A stretch of DNA of 63,049 bases, filler included, from Aduncisulcus paluster (Eukaryota): assembly GCA_024181965.1 (NCBI GenBank). It is 6 parts of 6 records of this genome, joined end to end, with 100 filler letters (N's around TTAATTAATTAA, not from the genome) between each part and the next. Parts side by side here need not be neighbours in the genome. Positions count along the whole stretch, not along the records: positions 19,472 to 29,868 come from BQXS01010856.1; positions 29,969 to 37,500 come from BQXS01010857.1; 4 more parts are not named here. One strand, given 5' to 3'. Positions within the stretch are counted from its first letter, which is position 1. Each line of letters begins with the position of its first letter. Positions 22,873 through 33,438 of the stretch are shown here, one piece after another. The position numbers and the translations under genes are program-made. The notes below the pieces were generated by a model, which searched no databases, had not been told where the DNA came from, and saw nothing but the letters and a program-made list of their open reading frames with translations.

Positions 22873-23726
22873 TTTTCTCAATCGAAACGCTTTATTTTCT
22901 CCTATCGAATAAAGTCTAGTAACTGATTGTGCTCTTTCATTCAACTCTTTCCAAGCCGTTTGTTCGAGTGTCAGACGCTCAGTGTCTTGACGAGTTGGAA
23001 TCTGAACTTTCAACTTCTTCGAAGGAGTTTGATTTGGTGGAGGAGACCACTTTCTTGATTAAATAAATTAGCCATAAATCAAAGTCAAATGACCACACAA
23101 ACACAAAACGATTCTTCATTTTATTAAGATGGAGGGGAAATGAATAATTTTTTTTTGTGATCAAAGAGGCAAAATACCTGGCATATATAGAAAAATACAT
23201 AAATAGGCAGGGAAAAGAGCAGAAATAAAGACCGTTTAGACCGTTATATAAAATCATATTGTGTCGATCGAGGATTTTTCAACAACCTAACAACGATCTT
23301 GGAGAAAAAACATGACGAAATCAATAATCACGAATATCACTGTACTATCACAATCATATTTGTTAATATCAAGGATTAAAAGAGATAACACAATTCAAAT
23401 TCTAAAAATAGATTTGATAAAAATAGAACAAAATAGAAATATCACCAAACTCAAGAAAACTGTTTGAGAAATCTCAAAAAGAACAAAATGGAAGAAGATC
23501 AATAAATTTTGCTTTCATATTATTGATTTTTAATAATAATAATTTTTCAAAATCTAAAAATAGAAAATCTAAAAATAGAACACGACAAAAGAAAAGTTAA
23601 ATATTTTCTAAAATTCCACAAAATATAAATGAATTGGGTATTAAATCATCTGAAAATAACTGTAAAAAAAGATAATCCACCCATATACGTATTATTTAAG
23701 CCCAAACAACTTTAGCTTTACAGATA

Positions 23727-25017
23727 CTATTCCTGATCAAAAAGAACCTTATCCATCCCTTTCTCCAGAATCCATGATACAAGTTGATACCTCGATTTTT
23801 CCATGGAATCAAGGGAATCTTCTTGATCCTCTTCAATGCCATCAGAGAGCAAGGATAATAACGATGGGGCTCGATCCTCATTATGTTTAGCTTTAGTATC
23901 AAGTTCTTCGCAGTCTTTGGAGGTTTCTTTCTCTTCTTCAGCAGAGTCCACTGGATCTTCCTTTTGAGCAGCAAAGTTGGCACCGAGCAGATGTCGACGC
24001 TTGTCAGGAAGACGGGGTTTGATTGGGGAAGATGATATTTCGGTTTTAATTTCCTCAGAAAGCGGGAAACATTCTTGTAAAAAGCGCCAATGGCTACTTT
24101 TCCCAGTCGGTCGTGGAGGGGTAACAAATTTCCCCAGGGTTTTATCACTGGTTTTCTTTTCATTTGCAGGAGAAATCTGCGCTATTTTACATAATAATTG
24201 TGGCATTGAAGAAGAAGATTGGGAAATCTTTGGCTCCTCAAGAATGGTTGGTTTTTCTATAACTGCTTCTTGGAGTTGTTGAGAGGGTATTTTTGATTGG
24301 AAAGGAATATCACTTCGTAGGGCAAAGGCTTGACTAATTGAGGCATAATCTATCGTCTTATGTGATGTTACAAACCTAAGTTCAAGATGTTTGACCATTT
24401 CCTTGGCACGAAGTCGCTTTGAATCGAGACAAGGTTGAGAAGTCAGTTTGGAGATGCCACAAGAATCAAATTTGGCAATAGAACAGCCAATGAAACTAAT
24501 TTCTGATTTTTGATCACTATGTTGGGACAAATCTTCAGGTTTAGTGGGTTTAGTATGAAAACAATTCCCGAGAATTGATACCCAGTTGGGAGCAGGATCT
24601 AAATTGACAATATGATTATAATTTTTCCTATTAGTTTGTATATTTATAGTTAAGGACCGAATATTCCCATTGGAAAGGAACGAAAACAGGAAATGAGAAA
24701 GGGGAATAGCAGACGATTCTAGGTTGAATAATAACGAAGAAAAATAACAATGGGTCGAAGAATCAAAGTCAAACAAATTTGTTTTCCACGGAACTACAAA
24801 TCTAACCATTGGATTCACCGAACTTTCACAAGTTCCATCAACATCTTCAGGAGAGAGGGGAATTTGGCTGTATTTCTGGCAATAGAATAATAATTCCCAT
24901 TTCTGAGTTAATTTAATTTGATGATCTAATTAAAAGTACCCAGATAATTAATAAGATACTGCTGGAGAACAAAAACAAATAATAGAGCATTAAAAACATA
25001 CTTTCAAAATGACTCAT
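23727..25017 (-). CDS. Hypothetical protein, two exons (25017-25002, 24925-23727)
   Basis: The 363-aa ORF frame stays open to 24929. ATG AGT CAT TTT GAA A|GTATGT...TTTTAATTAG|AT CAT CAA splices in frame. Confidence 0.6.
24926..25001 (-). other. Candidate spliceosomal intron, 76 nt
   Basis: GTATGT donor five codons after an ATG, T-rich body, TAG acceptor that restores the frame. Two earlier CAGs would lead to a stop. Confidence 0.6.
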
Positions 25018-25521
25018 TTGCAAATATGAAATAAATACACACTCACTTTCAAATTGAAAAAAATATCTCTCAATATAAAGTTGATTTGTGTGTCAAATCG
25101 AGATTTTTTGTTCCAAAATCGTAATCATCACTTGGATAGCATAATCCTGAATTATCACAAAATAATCAAAGGATAATTTACAATAAATCACTATCCTATT
25201 TATGATTTCAAACCCTTTCCTAAATTTATTCATTTTTAAGTGAGGAAGAAGCAGTGAGTTCCTGTGATTCAGTGAGCTTCCAACCTCTAGGTATGGTAGT
25301 CAATTTATGCTAATTTCGAATTTCATGTTTATTATTCCAATAAAACATAATATAGATAAAATCTTCTAAGGAGAGAAATGTGGTATAAAAAGATAATAAA
25401 ATGTGCACAAATAGTGTTTCTATAATTATGCAGGACCTATATATAACAAAAGACATTCCAACCCTCTAAGGATCAAAATAAGTCAAGAAAGAATTTAAGA
25501 CTCAGTCCCGAGGCTCATAAT

Positions 25522-27564
25522 TCATCCAAAGATGAGAGAATAGACAGTGGCAACAAAGAAGATTGCACCAAAAGTGAACATGGTGTAATAAAGAATTGGA
25601 TGGCTCCACCAACCAGAGAAAACTGTGGAGAACATAGCCCTTCTTCTTCTCTTGCTCCTCAGCAGAGAGATCAAGATCCTCATCCGTAAGAGCACCCTCA
25701 CCGAAAGTCTTTTCCATTCTCTTCTTTCCAAGCATGGACATCAAAGGAGGGAAGAAATAAACCAAAAAGAACCCAGTGAGACCACATATTTGGATGATAG
25801 TGTCGAAACAACGTGCGAAAGCAGCCAAAACACATGGGACGATAATTACGAGCATGTCCAATGTCTTACGGACACTACTCTTGACTTCTTCTTCCCCCGC
25901 ATCCTCTCCTTCTTCACTCTGGCTGTCCCTTCCCCTTGCAGCTCTGTTGGCAGGTCTCTGTTTTACCCACTCATCGGGAAGGAACTCCTCAATATTACGA
26001 GAGAGGGTGATAGCATTCAGAGGGTAACTGGAGATAATAGAGATAATAGGAAAGATCATAATGACTTGTACAATGGTCTGGATGTACCAAGGAGTGTGCC
26101 CAGTGTCGTCCTGAAGCCAGTTGTGACCATCCCAGAACTTAAAGTTTAAGGAAATAAGAGGATTGGTCTCCGGACCAAAGAACATAGCACAAAGGAAACC
26201 AATAAGGAAATAGAGGATAGCTGCGGTGGCAATAACAGCCATGTACATGTAATTAAGGTGTTTTTTCGTCTTCACAGGCTGAGAGATGAGTGGAACAGAA
26301 TGATGGAGAAGGAGGGAGAAAGCAGTTCCAGATGAGACATATCCAAGACCTTTGAAGCTAAATGACATCCAATTAGTGGGTTCGGCATAGAAAGGCTTTG
26401 AGGTATGGGCAGCAGCAGGATCGTAAGGTGCAACATCAAGAGCAGCAGAAANNNNNNNNNNNNNNNNNNNNCAGTGTCGTCCTGAAGCCAGTTGTGACCA
26501 TCCCAGAACTTAAAGTTTAAGGAAATAAGAGGATTGGTCTCCGGACCAAAGAACATAGCACAAAGGAAACCAATAAGGAAATAGAGGATAGCTGCGGTGG
26601 CAATAACAGCCATGTACATGTAATTAAGGTGTTTTTTCGTCTTCACAGGCTGAGAGATGAGTGGAACAGAATGATGGAGAATGAGGGAGAAAGCAGTTCC
26701 AGATGAGACATATCCAAGACCTTTGAAGCTAAATGACATCCAATTAGTGGGTTCGGCATAGAAAGGCTTTGAGGTATGGGCAGCAGCAGGATCGTAAGGT
26801 GCAACATCAAGAGCAGCAGAAACAGACACAAAGATGGCAACCATAACAATAACACGCAAGATAGTAAAGATTGATTGGATCATTTGTTGAACTTTGCCGG
26901 AATAAGGCAAGAAACCAACAAGAACAACTAACACCAAGAAAACAGCCATAAAAATGAAATAGGCATTACTACAACCGGTGCTAAAGTTATTACAGATACT
27001 GCCAACATCAGCACAATTCTCTCCAGATGAAATTCCTGGCAATGGAATATCAGCAGTGAGAGTTTGGACAACAACAGTTGCATAACTCCAGAGAGTAGTA
27101 AAAAGATAAATAATAGAGATTACTTGGTAAGCATGGTAGGCCCAACGACCAATAAATATTTCACAGAGTCGAGGGTAGTGAATAAAATCGTGAGAAGGAA
27201 TATTATAGTTGGGAACAGTTTTATCACTGGTAGAATCCCTTTCATCATCCGAATTGGAGGATTCATCGTCCTTCTTCTCGGCCCTACGGATAGCCCAAGC
27301 ACGAGCACTTCCTTCGTTGATATAAAAAGTGGAAATTACAGACAAAACACTCACAATTACCAAAACAATTGATGATAATCCAAGTGAGGCTTCATAGAAA
27401 GCACTAGGAAGACCCAATACTCCGGTACCCACAGCATAATTGATGGAATAGCAATATCCAGCGAAGAAATTGTAACCCTTGCTTTTAGGAGTAGATTCAG
27501 AGCTCTTTCCTTCTAATAAGGGTTGTTCTTCATCTCCTGAAGTTCTATTCGATGGTCCACCCAT
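25522..27564 (-). CDS. Amino-acid transporter, AAAP/Aa_trans family (TMEM104-like), ~556 aa after gap and frameshift repair
   Basis: YSINYAVGTGVLGLPSAF, HHSVPLISQPV, SSYPLNAITL and many hydrophobic segments. The gene is split by the 26452-26471 gap. The last TM helix (WSHPILYYTMFTFGAIFFVATVYSLIFG) is in the +1 frame after ~25640. Confidence 0.88.
26101..26822. other. Duplicated flank around a 20-N gap (26101-26451 vs 26472-26822), with one mismatch
   Basis: The copies differ at 26311 (G) vs 26682 (T), giving SLLLHH vs SLILHH. Confidence 0.9.
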
Positions 27565-27912
27565 TTGAAATATTTAGATAGGTTTCCAGTCCTTCTGATT
27601 GACCCAAAATATGGAAATTTCTCCCACTCATCTGGGTCAAAGAAATTCCACCCCGTAAATTACGTTTCTTTGCGAATAATATAACATATAGGAACCATTT
27701 TATGCATTTTATATTTGGTATCCGCAATATAATATCCTCTCGAAGGCTGAGAAGTATTAATAGTTCAATCAACGGCCCCACCATAATAACCATGTTTTCA
27801 ATAAAATTTGGCAATAAAATATATCAAAGTGAATACAAATATTTTATTTTTCATTAAATATAGAAGGTAGAACACGTAGTTTTATCGGGATTGCGAGATT
27901 CTTATAATACAC

Positions 27913-29079
27913 TTATTCAGTCCCATTTTCAGGCATAATAGTCAATTGGCTGGGATCAACAAGTCTCCCGCATCGTCCACAAGATTCTTTACACTCTTCA
28001 ATCACAGGAGCAGCAGCATCCATGAGAGCATTATCAAACAAATCTTGTAATTCTTGCATTTGTTTCCTTTCTTTCATTTGTTGAGCATAAAAATCTGTTG
28101 TAGCTTTAGCATCTTGCATTGCTTTTTCTCTCATGGCCTTCTCAGTTTCCATTTCAACGGCTTCGCGATCCTTTTGATCCTTTAGTTGCCTAAGGTCCTG
28201 GTCACGTTCCTCTTCTTTGAGCGCTCTTTTACGCGCCTTTTCCTCCCTCATGCATTTGATAGCATCCTCTTTCTGCCTCTGACGTTGCATCAACCTTGCT
28301 TCCATTTGACGCCGGTGTTGTTCCTCCATTCTCTTGGCTTCTTTCAAAGCCTTATCTTTTTCTTGCTTTCTACGCTCAACAGCATCATGCTTACGACGTT
28401 CAATCTGTTGTTGAAGCAATCTGGCATATCCTTTCTTTTCTTCTTGAACCTTAGCAGAATCAATTGTTGGATCTTCAAACTTAGGAGCAAAAAGATCGGG
28501 AACCTGTTCATCCAACTCCTTTTGCTTCTGTCTTTGAGCCTTTTCACGGGCGATATCGTCCAATTGCATACTCTTGAGAAGTTGTTTTTCTTTTTCTCTT
28601 TGAAGGAATAATCTCTTTGAAAGATCAGCATCTCTTGCTAAAGCAGCTTTTTCTGCCTCGATTTCCCTTTTACGAGCTTCAGCCTCTTCTTTGCGTTGCT
28701 TTTTGGCAAGTTCCATAGCATCATCGGTGAACTGCTTATTTTTAGCTCTGATAGACCTCATTAATTCATCCTCCTCCTTTTGTTTTTGTTCATCCTCCTT
28801 TTTAAGACGCTCCATCATCTTTTTATCAGCCTCCATTTGTTTTCTCTTCAGCTCAGCATGACGACGCATAAGATCACTATTGACACAAAGATCACAAAGC
28901 AAACGGTCTTTTCTTGTGGCTAAAAACTCACGGTATGCTCTTGATGCAGGTCTAGAACGAGAAGGTGTTCCTTTGCTGAATTGTCCACTCCTAGCACTCG
29001 ACAAAATCGAAGATCTCTGCTGAGGAGTCATATAAGCCATGTGAGTTGATGAAATAAAGGGCGAAATAGTTTGTGGCAT
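27913..29079 (-). CDS. Charged coiled-coil protein with terminal CxxC motifs (similar to the CCDC81 C-terminal half; probably ciliary)
   Basis: LLCDLCV precedes ~290 aa of E/K/R/Q-rich helix, which ends in ECKESCGRCGR. Confidence 0.6.
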   Translation of the reverse strand: MPQTISPFISSTHMAYMTPQQRSSILSSARSGQFSKGTPSRSRPASRAYREFLATRKDRLLCDLCVNSDLMRRHAELKRKQMEADKKMMERLKKEDEQKQKEEDELMRSIRAKNKQFTDDAMELAKKQRKEEAEARKREIEAEKAALARDADLSKRLFLQREKEKQLLKSMQLDDIAREKAQRQKQKELDEQVPDLFAPKFEDPTIDSAKVQEEKKGYARLLQQQIERRKHDAVERRKQEKDKALKEAKRMEEQHRRQMEARLMQRQRQKEDAIKCMREEKARKRALKEEERDQDLRQLKDQKDREAVEMETEKAMREKAMQDAKATTDFYAQQMKERKQMQELQDLFDNALMDAAAPVIEECKESCGRCGRLVDPSQLTIMPENGTE

Positions 29080-29598
29080 TTCAAATTTGTTGGGATATCA
29101 ATCAAAAAATACCATTTTTTCAATTTTTAAAAAATTGGAGTCAGATCATTGATTATTGAATATAATTCCTCGAATTTTGCACCAGAGAATAGGTCTCAAA
29201 TTTTGAATTCAAAGTATTTTTGAAATAAATAATATGATTCAGTTTTGATCCGATTTTGTCCACATCTCCTCAATCTCTCACATAATATATTTGAGTATTT
29301 TTTACTTTGTCAAAAAAATCACCATTTAATCATTTTATTCCAACAATTTACAAAATACTTTTTAAGTTCCGTCACAGATGTGACATCTGAGATGTCCTAG
29401 GAAGATATGAGGAGACATTTTACTTATGATATGAACAATACTCTGAAACACACGAAAAACACAGATAATCTCGAGAAATTTAACAACAAATACCCGAAAA
29501 CAAGAATATAGACTTCGAGTCTTTCGAAATAAAAGAAAAAAAATTGATAAGAAAAGCCAAATATCTTGAAATATAAAAAACCAAGTGAATAATAGGAT

Positions 29599-29868
29599 TT
29601 AAAAGTTCTTCCCAAGATGTGAACTGAACTTCATGAGGACCTTTTTCTTTCCTTTCCCCATAGGTTTCAAAGTCCCATTCTGATAGGCGATCAATAACCT
29701 TTTAAGATCACTCACACGCTTTGCAAGACGATGCCCGTCATCTGTGTGTCGAACTCTCATCCTTTCCTTGAATTCAGTCACTCTAACGAGACGGCTTGTC
29801 ATATCTACATCATCAGTAATGGCTAGAGCCTTAGAGGTGAACGGTTTATGCTGACACAAGAACAATTC
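29599..29868 (-). CDS. fbp: C-terminal fragment of class III (Firmicute-type) fructose-1,6-bisphosphatase
   Basis: HKPFTSKALAI..D.DM.S......ERMRVRHTDDG..L...VSDLKRLLIAYQNG matches the recalled FBPase_2 (PF06874) C-terminal pattern H.PF.S...AI....DI.S...R..V.DTD.G..L...I.DL..LL.AYR.G. The 5' part is cut off by the contig end. Confidence 0.8.
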   Translation of the reverse strand, partial: ELFLCQHKPFTSKALAITDDVDMTSRLVRVTEFKERMRVRHTDDGHRLAKRVSDLKRLLIAYQNGTLKPMGKGKKKVLMKFSSHLGKNF

Positions 29869-29968
29869 NNNNNNNNNNNNNNNNNNNNNNNNNNNNNNNN
29901 NNNNNNNNNNNNTTAATTAATTAANNNNNNNNNNNNNNNNNNNNNNNNNNNNNNNNNNNNNNNNNNNN
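29869..29968. other. Artificial contig spacer
   Basis: N44-TTAATTAATTAA-N44. Confidence 0.97.
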
Positions 29969-30939
29969 TTCCAATATCCATCGGTACTAAGAATAGAAAT
30001 ATAATCATCGTTTGAGAAAGTTTGAAGAGTTGATATCACTAAAGTGGCGTAATCAGCAAGAATATACTTCTGTAGAGGAGAATTCATAATCCGCCTGGTA
30101 GCTTCGTCCATGGACAAATCTAGAATCAAAACAATGCCTCGTTGTAAACCAAAGGTAATGGAACGTGTAAAATACTGATCAAGCCTTGGATCACGACTTA
30201 GACGAGTAGATATATCAGGAGTTTGAATTGAAGGATCGGTATAGAATCTTGCCGGGTAAGAATACTCAGTTCCTGCGTTAGAAACAAGGCGAATATACGA
30301 AAGAGGCGAGTCAGCTACTCCACCGAGCTCTGCCATCCTTGTCTGAAATCCATCCCATGAATTCCCAAATGTGTGTTCTTCATCCAATTCACTTGAGGAA
30401 ACCATCATTCTGGCTACAAGATCATCGAAAATCTCGTCAGAAAGTTCAGAATTAGTCGAGAAAGACGAAATATAGTGTTCGGAAACTTCTATAGCACCAT
30501 CCGAAGCATAATACTTAATATTTGAATCATAATCTTCAAGTAAATCATCATTCGAAAAAGAAGATATCGAAGATGTTAAAAGATCTGTGATATCTTGAGG
30601 TAAAGTTGATGATTTTCCTTCATCAACAATAGATGAAAGTAGATAGCACATTTCTTGGTGAAATTCACGTAATGATTCAAATAACACTCCAAATTTTTCT
30701 TCATAGATATCTACAATTTCAGAAACAATTTGTTGATTGACTTCGTCATAATTAGAGGAAACAGAAACATTGAGACTCTCAAAAAGTTCATTGTATGTAT
30801 CAATTGGCGTTGCTAAATCGGATAATGATGACAAAAAATCACTAACAGATATACCATCGGACACAACTTCATCAATTTCAAGGGAAACCGATATACGAAA
30901 AATCAAGAAGAATATAAGACAAAAATGTGAAATAAACAT
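29969..30939 (-). CDS. Secreted or membrane alpha2delta/CACHD1-like (VWA_N/Cache + VWA) protein, N-terminal fragment
   Basis: Signal peptide, helical N-region, YSYPA..., RDPRLDQYF, IVLILDLS, then LQTFSNDDYISIL, resembling alpha2delta YD.R.RPWY...ILVDVSGS...LETLSDDDFVNV. Confidence 0.7.
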
Positions 30940-31216
30940 GATTTTTTGTCTAATTATTTTCATATTACTTTTCACAGTTGATTAGTCACGTCAAATCTGT
31001 GAAATTGAGAAAAATCAGCAAAATTACTGTATAATGAGAAATATTTCGGATGAAACGAAATGAATGAAGTAATTATGGAGTATTAATATTAAAATAGATG
31101 CAGAGAAGGTTAGATTTAACAGATTTATTGGCAAAACTTATAAAATACGGATAAGATAAAATAAAACATTATTTGGGTGAAAAAAGATATTGTCGTGGAT
31201 GGTGCATATCCATTAA

Positions 31217-32002
31217 TTAATCATCTTTTGATACCTTAGCTTCTGTGATTTCATCATAATATTCACAGCATTCATCATATCCCTTCTTCATTTTAGCAAG
31301 AACAGCATCATGGAAATCGTTCCAACTCGAATAATCAGTTGGAAGAACAACTCCTGAGTAATTAATCACCAGGGGTTGGTTACGACGGGTGCTCAATGTA
31401 AATTCATTGAAAATATGCTGAGATCCTTCCGTTGGCATGACAAAAATATTGATTTTCTTCTCAAAGCAAATTCTAAGGAAGCCAGTCCGTAACTCTTGCA
31501 AACCACGTCCTTTTCTATTACGGTGTCCTTCTGGAAAAACCAAGAGACGAGGGTTTTTACGATGGATATAAGTGTCAACACTATCCCCAAGCTTTGCAAG
31601 TTTCTGTTTGTCACTTTTCTTTCCCTTTTTGGCACGATGGTAGACAAGACAGAAGTTGGAAATCAAATGGCACATTAAAGCAGGAGGGAAGGCAATAAAT
31701 ACAGCTAAACGACCAAATTGAGCGGCATCAGCAGCAATTGCAGAATAAAAGAAATCAAACCAGCCCTTGTGGGTGGTAAAGATAACTCCTTGGAAAGAAC
31801 TCAGGATGTGGATATTTGGCAAATTAATTTCATATTTCTTCACTTTAAATATTTTAAAAACGTGATGAGAAACAATGTATGGGGTTTTCCTAAATCCATT
31901 CTTGAAAATAGATAGGATGATGAAGGTAGGAAGATATATGTAGAAAATAACCAAAGTCACAAATAAAAACCAGACTCCTTTAAAAAATCTACCAAGACCC
32001 AT
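31217..32002 (-). CDS. 1-acylglycerol-3-phosphate O-acyltransferase (PlsC family)
   Basis: N-terminal TM segment, HxxxxD motif THKGWFD, FPEGHR, LRTGF. Confidence 0.88.
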   Translation of the reverse strand: MGLGRFFKGVWFLFVTLVIFYIYLPTFIILSIFKNGFRKTPYIVSHHVFKIFKVKKYEINLPNIHILSSFQGVIFTTHKGWFDFFYSAIAADAAQFGRLAVFIAFPPALMCHLISNFCLVYHRAKKGKKSDKQKLAKLGDSVDTYIHRKNPRLLVFPEGHRNRKGRGLQELRTGFLRICFEKKINIFVMPTEGSQHIFNEFTLSTRRNQPLVINYSGVVLPTDYSSWNDFHDAVLAKMKKGYDECCEYYDEITEAKVSKDD

Positions 32003-32276
32003 TTTATAATAGATGTTGATCAATGAATTGTGAGCCAAATTGAATGTCAAAATCAAGTTTTCTCTATCTTCCTTGTCCAGATCATATTTCAACGATAAAT
32101 CCAAGTATCGAGGATTAAATTGCATAATAAAATATTTTTATCATCTAAGCTGTTTTCAGTTTCTTTAATTAAACTTATAGGACTTGGGCAAGAATTCGAT
32201 GCAAACGAATAGATTGCAAAGAAGTAAAATGATATATTTTATTAATCCATAGAGTGTTTGAAACAATATCAATGAA

Positions 32277-33233
32277 TTATTTTTTGATTATCTGTTTTGA
32301 AGATGGGAATATTGCACCACACTTGAAGCACTTTTCTTCAGGCCTACAATACACTGCCATACATCTCGAACAAACAAATCCTAGACTAACAACCTCTCGG
32401 CATCCCTCGGTTCCAGCCGGATGAGAACAAACGGCGTGAAGAGAAAGTGAAGAAGGTGTGGAATGAGAAGCAAGAGCACAATTCGATTTTTGAAGTGGTC
32501 TTGCAAAAGAAAATAACATTTTAGTATTGACAAAATGTCTAACAAAATCATCCGCTGGCCTTGAACGTTGATAAGCACTCGGATTGCTGAATGAGCTAAC
32601 AACATCAGCACCTCTCTCCTCACATTGAGAAGTATTAATCTTTTCAAAACATCCTCCGGTAATAAATGAGAGTTGTTCAAGAACACTTGGCGGCTTATAC
32701 CCAAAAAATCCAATATCAAGACGAATTCCATTTCTCGAAGATGCAAAAGCGCATGAAATCAATTTTGTATAAACCTTTTTTAATGCTGAATGTTGAATAG
32801 ATGAAATAACAAGAATACGGCCACGGGGAGGGGGTAATCCGGGGCGTTTGACTGAGCTTCGTGCAGCAGCAGTGGAACAATAACATATTCCACTTGTAAT
32901 TGCACCAACCAAAGCTTGGGCAGATGTTTGTTTATATTTACGTGAAGTACTACTTGTGATTTGGGATTGGAGATATTTTTCTTTTTTTACAAGAGAATCA
33001 ATCGTCAATTTGGCTTTTGTTATAGTTCCTGATGAAGATGACGTCTGTGTATGTTCATGAATATATTGAATTCCTTTTGAATATGAAACTATTATTACCC
33101 CATGATTCTTTAAGTGGGATAGGATATGAGCGTTGTAGACTACGATTCCACTATTGATTGCAAACCAACCAGCATCTTGAACTAACGAATACAAATCTAG
33201 AACCACAATAAGAATTTCTCCAATTTGATCCAT
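32277..33233 (-). CDS. GTF2H3: TFIIH subunit p34/Tfb4
   Basis: LIVVLD start, RILVIS, LEQLSFITGG, C-terminal AVC.H...GFVCSRCMAVYC....CFKC zinc finger. Confidence 0.88.
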   Translation of the reverse strand: MDQIGEILIVVLDLYSLVQDAGWFAINSGIVVYNAHILSHLKNHGVIIVSYSKGIQYIHEHTQTSSSSGTITKAKLTIDSLVKKEKYLQSQITSSTSRKYKQTSAQALVGAITSGICYCSTAAARSSVKRPGLPPPRGRILVISSIQHSALKKVYTKLISCAFASSRNGIRLDIGFFGYKPPSVLEQLSFITGGCFEKINTSQCEERGADVVSSFSNPSAYQRSRPADDFVRHFVNTKMLFSFARPLQKSNCALASHSTPSSLSLHAVCSHPAGTEGCREVVSLGFVCSRCMAVYCRPEEKCFKCGAIFPSSKQIIKK

Positions 33234-33438
33234 AGCATATGACTTTTAGTTGGTCCACAATCAATTTACTGACGAAACAATGATTTTGAAAATTTAGATA
33301 TCACTTTGACCGAATTTTTATAATATTATTGAAGAAAGTAAAAAACAATATTTTTGAATCAGAAATTAGGGAAGACTTTCTTTTCTTCTCCTCTATTTTC
33401 GCGAACAATCATTTGCCCGCAAATAAGCGAAAGAAAGA

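Noticed and set aside
21172-23013. 613-codon antisense ORF over ArgRS (tempting as sense/antisense aaRS coding)
   Set aside because: It is exactly in codon register with ArgRS. Antisense stops need sense TTA/CTA/TCA codons, which this biased gene avoids. The product has no motifs.
23549-23578. 15-bp tandem duplication AAAATCTAAAAATAG
   Set aside because: Two copies in AT-rich intergenic DNA, consistent with ordinary slippage.
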